Positions 15,030-20,000 of a stretch of 20,000 nucleotides of DNA are shown here, one piece after another; the stretch's first letter is position 1; every line of letters starts with the position of its first letter. The translations under genes and the position numbers were made by a program. This DNA is from an uncultured virus (IMG/VR IMGVR_UViG_3300027834_000001). Its lineage: Duplodnaviria > Heunggongvirae > Uroviricota > Caudoviricetes. A model generated the notes under the pieces. The model saw only the letters and a list, made by a program, of their open reading frames with translations. It was not told the DNA's origin and did not search any database. Location of the stretch: the IMG/VR virus record IMGVR_UViG_3300027834_000001; one strand, written 5' to 3'.

Positions 15030-15215
15030 TCACTCCTCTCCCTCCTTCCATCCGTGGTCCACTTCGCAACTCAGGCTTCCCGCGCTATCAGGCTGGTAGA
15101 AATCCATCAGCCGTTCTATGCAATCCTCGCCAGTCAAGGCATGGTCCAAAACATAAACCTCTGGCACGGTGGTCTCTGCGCTCCAAAGGGTCAGTAGCAA
15201 TACAAATTTCACCAT
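15030..15215 (-). CDS. small secreted/membrane protein (61 aa)
   Basis: MVKFVLLLTLWS signal-like N-terminus, two Cys; GGAGG RBS on the minus strand. Confidence 0.6.
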   Translation of the reverse strand: MVKFVLLLTLWSAETTVPEVYVLDHALTGEDCIERLMDFYQPDSAGSLSCEVDHGWKEGEE

Positions 15216-15216
15216 A

Positions 15217-15372
15217 TCAAAACGCCTCCACATAGCAAAGCCCAAAGGCATCAACGTAATGCTGGCAAGCCGCAACGGTTCCGGTGTAAATCACCTTGTC
15301 CGTATAGCGGTCCTTTACATAGGCGCGGTCGGGTGCAGTAGCAGGGGTCTTTTTTGCAAATCGCTTAAACAT
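15217..15372 (-). CDS. small hypothetical protein (51 aa)
   Basis: AAAGGAAC RBS before MFKRFAKK. Confidence 0.6.
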   Translation of the reverse strand: MFKRFAKKTPATAPDRAYVKDRYTDKVIYTGTVAACQHYVDAFGLCYVEAF

Positions 15373-15487
15373 TGTGTGTTCCTTTGTTTTGGTTGTCCTA
15401 TTGTTATGCACTAGAAATAGGGCAGAATTAAGGCGGATTGTACTTTGTTTGGAAACTAACTGTTTCCGACCTTAGTGCATTTTTTAC

Positions 15488-15516
15488 TTTACATATGCCG
15501 CGCTCGGCATTAGGTT
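15488..15516 (+). promoter_or_regulatory. sigma70-like promoter
   Basis: TTTACA-17 nt-TAGGTT with T-tract upstream. Confidence 0.55.
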
Positions 15517-15569
15517 AAGGGCAGGCCAAGCAATAACGCACTGGCCACAACCAAAGTAAGGAACTAACA

Positions 15570-15959
15570 ATGGCTACCGCAACAAACAAGAAAGCCCCTA
15601 CCGCAACCAAGCGCAAGGCACCAGCCGCCACCGCCGCCACAGGCAGCGGCACTGTGGCCACTACCAAGCAGGCCACAGGCAGCAAGGCAGCACAAGCAGC
15701 AGCCCCACAAGCCCCCCTGTTTACCGTTGGCACCCTGCCCCCCGTGCGCCCCGGAACACACCGTGCTTACGCGCAAGCCGTGGCTGTGGCACTGGCCAAG
15801 GAGCACAAGGCTGGCTTCACTCTGGCTCAGTTCAAGGCGGCACTGGTAGCAGGTGCAGCAGCGAGCAGCGTGGCACCGCCGCGCGGTGGATGGGCCGCGC
15901 ATAACATGCCTACATGGATGGCCAATACGAACCAGTCCTGGCTCGTGGCCACCAAGTAA
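15570..15959 (+). CDS. Ala/Thr/Lys-rich basic protein (129 aa)
   Basis: AAGGAAC RBS; low-complexity N-terminus plus compact C-terminal domain; no Asp and one Glu. Confidence 0.75.
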   Translation: MATATNKKAPTATKRKAPAATAATGSGTVATTKQATGSKAAQAAAPQAPLFTVGTLPPVRPGTHRAYAQAVAVALAKEHKAGFTLAQFKAALVAGAAASSVAPPRGGWAAHNMPTWMANTNQSWLVATK

Positions 15960-16104
15960 CACAAGGCACCAAGGGAAGGGCTGGCGCAAGCTGGCCCGAC
16001 CCACCGACCGGACAGACCCGGCCCCCTCGACGGTCCTGAGACGGACTGTGCTACGTGCGACCCCGCCTAGCCGGAGTTAGACCACATCCCTCCAATCCTG
16101 GAAA

Positions 16105-16145
16105 GACACAAAACACTTGTCACCCGAAACCCAACCCGCTAAAAT
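16105..16145 (+). promoter_or_regulatory. variant repeat promoter (GACACAAAA type)
   Basis: GACAC-AAAACAC-TTGTC; -35 TTGTCA 16117-16122, 17 nt, -10 TAAAAT 16140-16145. Confidence 0.7.
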
Positions 16146-16181
16146 AAATAAACACCAGAACACTATTAGGGATCCAGGATT

Positions 16182-16352
16182 TTGATTATCAAATGCACAA
16201 AGACGCAGTGGCAAGTCATAGTCGGCGCTATGATTGACAGGAAGAAGAACGCCAACCCGCCCCTGAATGCGTTCGGCAATAGGCTCCATGATGATATGCT
16301 AAATGCGTACATACATGATGAGAATATTGTAGACCTCAGAGAATCGGACTGA
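16182..16352 (+). CDS. possible small protein (56 aa, TTG start)
   Basis: read manually; open frame right after the promoter. Confidence 0.35.
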   Translation: MIIKCTKTQWQVIVGAMIDRKKNANPPLNAFGNRLHDDMLNAYIHDENIVDLRESD

Positions 16353-16414
16353 ACAGATTTTTAGACCCGTGGTGCGCGCCCGCCTCCTTGGGCACGATTT
16401 GAAAGGGATAACCG

Positions 16415-16762
16415 ATGAACCCAGCGACAGAAGTAGACAATCTATGGAACAAGGCACTAGAGCATCTTGATTGGGATGAAAAGAACGGTGACCACGTTCT
16501 CGAAGTTAGCGTGGAGACGCGGATGACTCTTCAGAAGCAGAATTATGATTGGTGGGACGGGAACTTCAATTATAATGTGGACAAGGGATGCTGGTTCTTC
16601 CGAGGTTGCTTCAAGGTGAAGGTGATCTATCAACCATTTCCTGAGGCTTCTTACGTAGCAAAAGAGGTCCCGATGTGGCACTTCATGGCGATCCACGTTC
16701 AGCGTAGCAACGGCCGCTTTCGCTATATCGATTGGGAGGGAAACGATGAGCGGTGTACTTAA
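16415..16762 (+). CDS. hypothetical protein (115 aa)
   Basis: AAGGGA RBS. Confidence 0.65.
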   Translation: MNPATEVDNLWNKALEHLDWDEKNGDHVLEVSVETRMTLQKQNYDWWDGNFNYNVDKGCWFFRGCFKVKVIYQPFPEASYVAKEVPMWHFMAIHVQRSNGRFRYIDWEGNDERCT

Positions 16763-17051
16763 TCACTGTACGTTCTATCTGACACACAAGATACTTCAGA
16801 TGGAGATGTATCGGTTCCGAGCGAAGATATCCAAGGACAGTGATATCGACATCAATCTGATGACAGGGATCGTTACGGTTGGCGAGTTGCGCACCTTCCA
16901 CAAAGTAATGAAGAGCCCAAGTGAGATGCGTGAGCGGATGCAAGGCGTAGACTGGCATGGATACACGTTCCATGACAGTATCCGCAGTGTGTCGCCGGAC
17001 CTTGTTCACTGGCTCAATCAGGAGGTTGCTCGGCATGTCAGACACTACTAA
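16746..17051 (+). CDS. hypothetical protein (101 aa)
   Basis: GGAGG RBS, overlaps previous ORF. Confidence 0.6.
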   Translation: MSGVLNHCTFYLTHKILQMEMYRFRAKISKDSDIDINLMTGIVTVGELRTFHKVMKSPSEMRERMQGVDWHGYTFHDSIRSVSPDLVHWLNQEVARHVRHY

Positions 17052-17349
17052 GAGTCTCGTCGGGAAGATGTTCTCACGCAGAGGAACTGGCTTCTGGCTT
17101 GTTCTGTCACAAAATCCGGATTATGGATACTGCCACCTCCTTGGGCTAGACAAGGATTTCAATGTTGAGACCACGGCTTCATATCAGCCGCACTATATTG
17201 AGAGAAAGAAGACAGTTCGCTGGATCAATATCGAAGACATCAGATTTACGAATGAAGAACCTATCATGTGTCCTCATGAAGAAACAACAATCTGCACTAT
17301 AACGGGCGACACTGTCTGTGTGTATTGCATGGAGACACTGAATGATTAG
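17035..17349 (+). CDS. hypothetical protein with C-terminal Cys cluster
   Basis: AGGAGG RBS before ATG 17035; CPH...C...CVYC. Confidence 0.65.
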   Translation: MSDTTKSLVGKMFSRRGTGFWLVLSQNPDYGYCHLLGLDKDFNVETTASYQPHYIERKKTVRWINIEDIRFTNEEPIMCPHEETTICTITGDTVCVYCMETLND

Positions 17350-17524
17350 GATAATAATCATATTCATTATAGTTTCTCTAGCAGTTCACTTTATAGCAAT
17401 AATAGAATATCCACTTTTGTTATCTCCTGTTGAATATTTGTTTTATAACTTGACAGGTATTTGTCCTAATAGGGTTATTTGGTATGGACTTAATGAATGT
17501 AATATAAGAGGATTAAAATGGTAA
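17342..17524 (+). CDS. small AT-rich membrane protein (60 aa)
   Basis: hydrophobic N-terminus; GGAG RBS. Confidence 0.5.
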   Translation: MIRIIIIFIIVSLAVHFIAIIEYPLLLSPVEYLFYNLTGICPNRVIWYGLNECNIRGLKW

Positions 17525-17955
17525 TTCTAAAAAGACCAATCCAACACCTAGTGACAGACGGGAGGCGGCATCTGGTCTGTCTGCCATACTCCGTGAAATA
17601 CCTACATATGATGGCGGCGCAGGTAGGGATCGGTAAGCACTGGTTCCATAGAGATCATTACGATATACCAGTCACGAGAAGACAGTCGATTGAACAGGCA
17701 GCTTTACAAGTGAGCCCAAAGAGCATAGTTAGGTTGATCCACGCCCATAATAATCCTGTGAGGACTTTACGAATGGAACAAGGGCTACCATCTTCAACGG
17801 CAGAGAACCTAGACCATGAGGCGAGGTTACATCTGCACTACACGAAACAAGGTAAGACAGGAGTTCATTATTGTCCAAGTTGGCAATACATGGCGATACA
17901 CGACAAATCGGCAGAGTTTGAGGCTTGCCAGTGCGACCTTGAAAAGCTAAGGTGA
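17518..17955 (+). CDS. DUF4031-like protein
   Basis: HLV...LHMMAAQVGIGKHWFHRDHYDI matches the DUF4031 LH..A..lG....WF...HYDl pattern. Confidence 0.65.
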   Translation: MVILKRPIQHLVTDGRRHLVCLPYSVKYLHMMAAQVGIGKHWFHRDHYDIPVTRRQSIEQAALQVSPKSIVRLIHAHNNPVRTLRMEQGLPSSTAENLDHEARLHLHYTKQGKTGVHYCPSWQYMAIHDKSAEFEACQCDLEKLR

Positions 17956-17959
17956 CCCA

Positions 17960-18163
17960 ATGAGCAATAATCCTCCTGATGTGATCATTCACCTAAGTCT
18001 GGCAGATGCCACTATGCTTCGCGAAGATTGTGAGGTAGCAATGGCGCAGCTTCTTGGGCTTCTCAATGAAGCAGAACGGAAAGAATACGCAGAAAAGCTG
18101 GCTCGGTTACTTGAATTTAAGAAAAATGTCTTGGAAGCCACCCGTATCGGATTGATGGATTAA
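17960..18163 (+). CDS. hypothetical protein (67 aa)
   Basis: AAGGTGA RBS; TAATG overlap with terL. Confidence 0.65.
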   Translation: MSNNPPDVIIHLSLADATMLREDCEVAMAQLLGLLNEAERKEYAEKLARLLEFKKNVLEATRIGLMD

Positions 18164-19686
18164 TGACCAAGCAATATCCAAAGAATGTAATCTGGAGACC
18201 CATGCCTGGATCGCAGGAAGCATTTCTTGCGGCGACACCAATCTTCGAGGTCCTCTTTGAGGGAACCCGTGGCGGCGGTAAGACCGACAGTCTACTGATG
18301 TCTTTCTGTATGCACGTAGACAAGGGATACGGGGCAGCATGGAAGGGAATTCTGTTCCGGCAAACCTACAAGCAATTGACTGACGTTATCTCGAAGACCA
18401 AGAAATGGATCCCGCAGATTTGGCCTCAGGCGAAGTTCAACCATTCGGAACACACGTGGACTTGGCCGACAGGAGAGCAGCTTCTTCTGCGTCAGTTCGC
18501 AAAAGAGTCAGACTATGATAACTACCACGGCCATGAATATCCGTGGATCGGGTGGGAAGAACTCTGCAACTGGCCCAACGACAAGGGCTACAAGAAGATG
18601 ATGTCCACTTGCCGCTCCTCGCAGAAGGGGATGCCGCGTATGTGTCGGGCCACAACGAACCCTAGCGGTCCGGGACACAATTGGGTGAAGAACAGGTTCA
18701 AACCACAGAGCCTGAATATGGTGGTCCGCAAAGATATCATGGACGAGGATGGTGCGCGTGAGCCTAGCAGGCTGAGCATCAAGTCCCACATCGACGAGAA
18801 TATTGCTCTGCTTGAAGCGGATCCAGATTATAAGCAGAAAATCGCCGCGTCAGCGGATAACGAAGCCCAGAAGAAGGCTTGGTTGGACGGCTCTTGGGAT
18901 ATCGTCTCCGGCGGCATGTTCGATGATGTATGGGATCCTAAGTACAATGTGGTTCTGCCATTTGATATTCCTGGCAATTGGAAGATTACGAGGAGTTTCG
19001 ATTGGGGCGCGTCAAAGCCTTTCTCTGTGGGCTGGTGGGCAATCAGCAATGGAGAAGACATACAGCTACGGGATGGAAGTTGGAGAAGCACCATTCGGGG
19101 AGATGTATTTCGGATTCGAGAATGGTACGGATGCCACGACAATCGTCCTAACGAAGGGCTTAATATTCTTGCCTCAGAGATCTCGGAAGGGATTGTTCAG
19201 AGGGAGATGGAGTGGGGATGGCGAGAAAGAGGCACCACTTGGTGTCGTGTCAGAGCAGGCGTTGCTGACTCGCAGATATTTGCTGCTGAAAACGGAAATT
19301 GTATCGCCACGGATATGAAAGCCAAGGTCCGACTGGATGATGGGAACAAATATCCAGGAATTATGTGGCTCGCAGCCGACAAACGTCCTGGATCTCGCGT
19401 TACAGGGTGGACCCAAGTGCGACAGCGCATCAGGAATGCCGGTCCGAACAAGAAATTGGACGAAAATAACGAAGTTATTGCGATTTTCCCTCGGGAGAAG
19501 CCAGCTTTGTTCGTTTTCTCCAACTGTACGGCATTTATTGAGACCCTTCCAGTGCTTCCTCGGGACGAAAAGAATCCTGATGACATCAATACCGAAGCTG
19601 AGGACCACGTCGCTGACGAGGTTCGTTATTTCATTCGCTCTGTTGGTCAAACCGGCACCACCGGAACAACGACAGGTAATCATTAA
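18163..19686 (+). CDS. terL: terminase large subunit
   Basis: Walker A GTRGGGKT, Walker B WIGWEE, coupling motif RATTNP, RNase H-like nuclease SFDWG and EDHVADEVRY; precedes portal. Confidence 0.95.
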   Translation: MTKQYPKNVIWRPMPGSQEAFLAATPIFEVLFEGTRGGGKTDSLLMSFCMHVDKGYGAAWKGILFRQTYKQLTDVISKTKKWIPQIWPQAKFNHSEHTWTWPTGEQLLLRQFAKESDYDNYHGHEYPWIGWEELCNWPNDKGYKKMMSTCRSSQKGMPRMCRATTNPSGPGHNWVKNRFKPQSLNMVVRKDIMDEDGAREPSRLSIKSHIDENIALLEADPDYKQKIAASADNEAQKKAWLDGSWDIVSGGMFDDVWDPKYNVVLPFDIPGNWKITRSFDWGASKPFSVGWWAISNGEDIQLRDGSWRSTIRGDVFRIREWYGCHDNRPNEGLNILASEISEGIVQREMEWGWRERGTTWCRVRAGVADSQIFAAENGNCIATDMKAKVRLDDGNKYPGIMWLAADKRPGSRVTGWTQVRQRIRNAGPNKKLDENNEVIAIFPREKPALFVFSNCTAFIETLPVLPRDEKNPDDINTEAEDHVADEVRYFIRSVGQTGTTGTTTGNH

Positions 19687-19695
19687 CCCTCAGGA

Positions 19696-19736
19696 GACAC
19701 AAAATGCTTGTCAAACCCGTTGGATGGAGGTATGTT
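19696..19736 (+). promoter_or_regulatory. variant repeat promoter upstream of portal
   Basis: GACAC-AAAATGC-TTGTC; -35 TTGTCA 19708-19713, 17 nt, -10 TATGTT 19731-19736. Confidence 0.65.
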
Positions 19737-19743
19737 CTTCCTC

Positions 19744-20000
19744 ATGGCTGACTCTCTCGCACAAAACCACCCATCGTATACCGAGCATGTTTCCGACTGG
19801 AAGCAGATGCGTGATACGTACAAGGGTGAGAAGCGCGTCAAGGCACGATCGACGCAATATCTTCCCGCAACGAACGGACATATCACTGATGGCTTCGGTG
19901 GGAACGATGCAAACGCTATCGGTGTGCTTGCTTATGACGCTTATCTGAAAAGAGCGCGTTATCACAACTTTGTGCGCGAAGCTGTGCAAATGGCAGTTGG
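19744..20000 (+). CDS. portal protein, DUF4055-type (5' part, runs off window)
   Basis: MADSLAQNHPSY...WKQMRDTYKGEKRVK...YLP...YDAYLKRARYHNFV; directly after terL. Confidence 0.85.
   Translation, partial: MADSLAQNHPSYTEHVSDWKQMRDTYKGEKRVKARSTQYLPATNGHITDGFGGNDANAIGVLAYDAYLKRARYHNFVREAVQMAV

Noticed and set aside
14898..15197. + strand ORF of 99 aa
   Set aside because: It spans the repeat tract and overlaps a better-supported minus-strand gene; no RBS.
2350..19683. Long minus-strand ORFs (e.g. 2350-2922, 4017-4619, 8102-8755, 9976-10548, 13572-14132, 19174-19683)
   Set aside because: They are antisense shadows of well-supported + strand genes, with no RBS or recognisable motifs.

Overview
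Segment of a tailed dsDNA (siphovirus-like) phage genome. Bases 1-12600 hold a dense + strand array of small accessory/early genes. They are organised as cassettes, most opened by one conserved quasi-palindromic sigma70-type promoter (GAYAA-ATAGA-NN-TKGTCA-N17/18-TAnnnT) and a conserved start motif (AGGAGGCTACC-ATG). Next come a probable terminase small subunit, a GA/TC-depleted divergent island, the terminase large subunit (18163-19686) and the start of a portal gene. The main unexplained features are: (1) a ~370-nt structured non-coding RNA behind a 247-aa helical protein gene, containing a circularly permuted tRNA-like domain (T arm and acceptor-CCA before acceptor and D arm), suggesting a protein-RNA system; (2) a structured intergenic RNA at 7568-7693 whose loop is antisense to the shared AGGCTACC start motif, a candidate coordinate translational regulator; (3) a pseudoknotted 5' leader; (4) an unannotated SutA-like micropeptide; (5) a motif-permuted GHKL ATPase; (6) a small protein with condensed PolA-like motifs. 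Family assignments come from motif recognition and RNA pairings were read by eye. No searches or folding programs were run.
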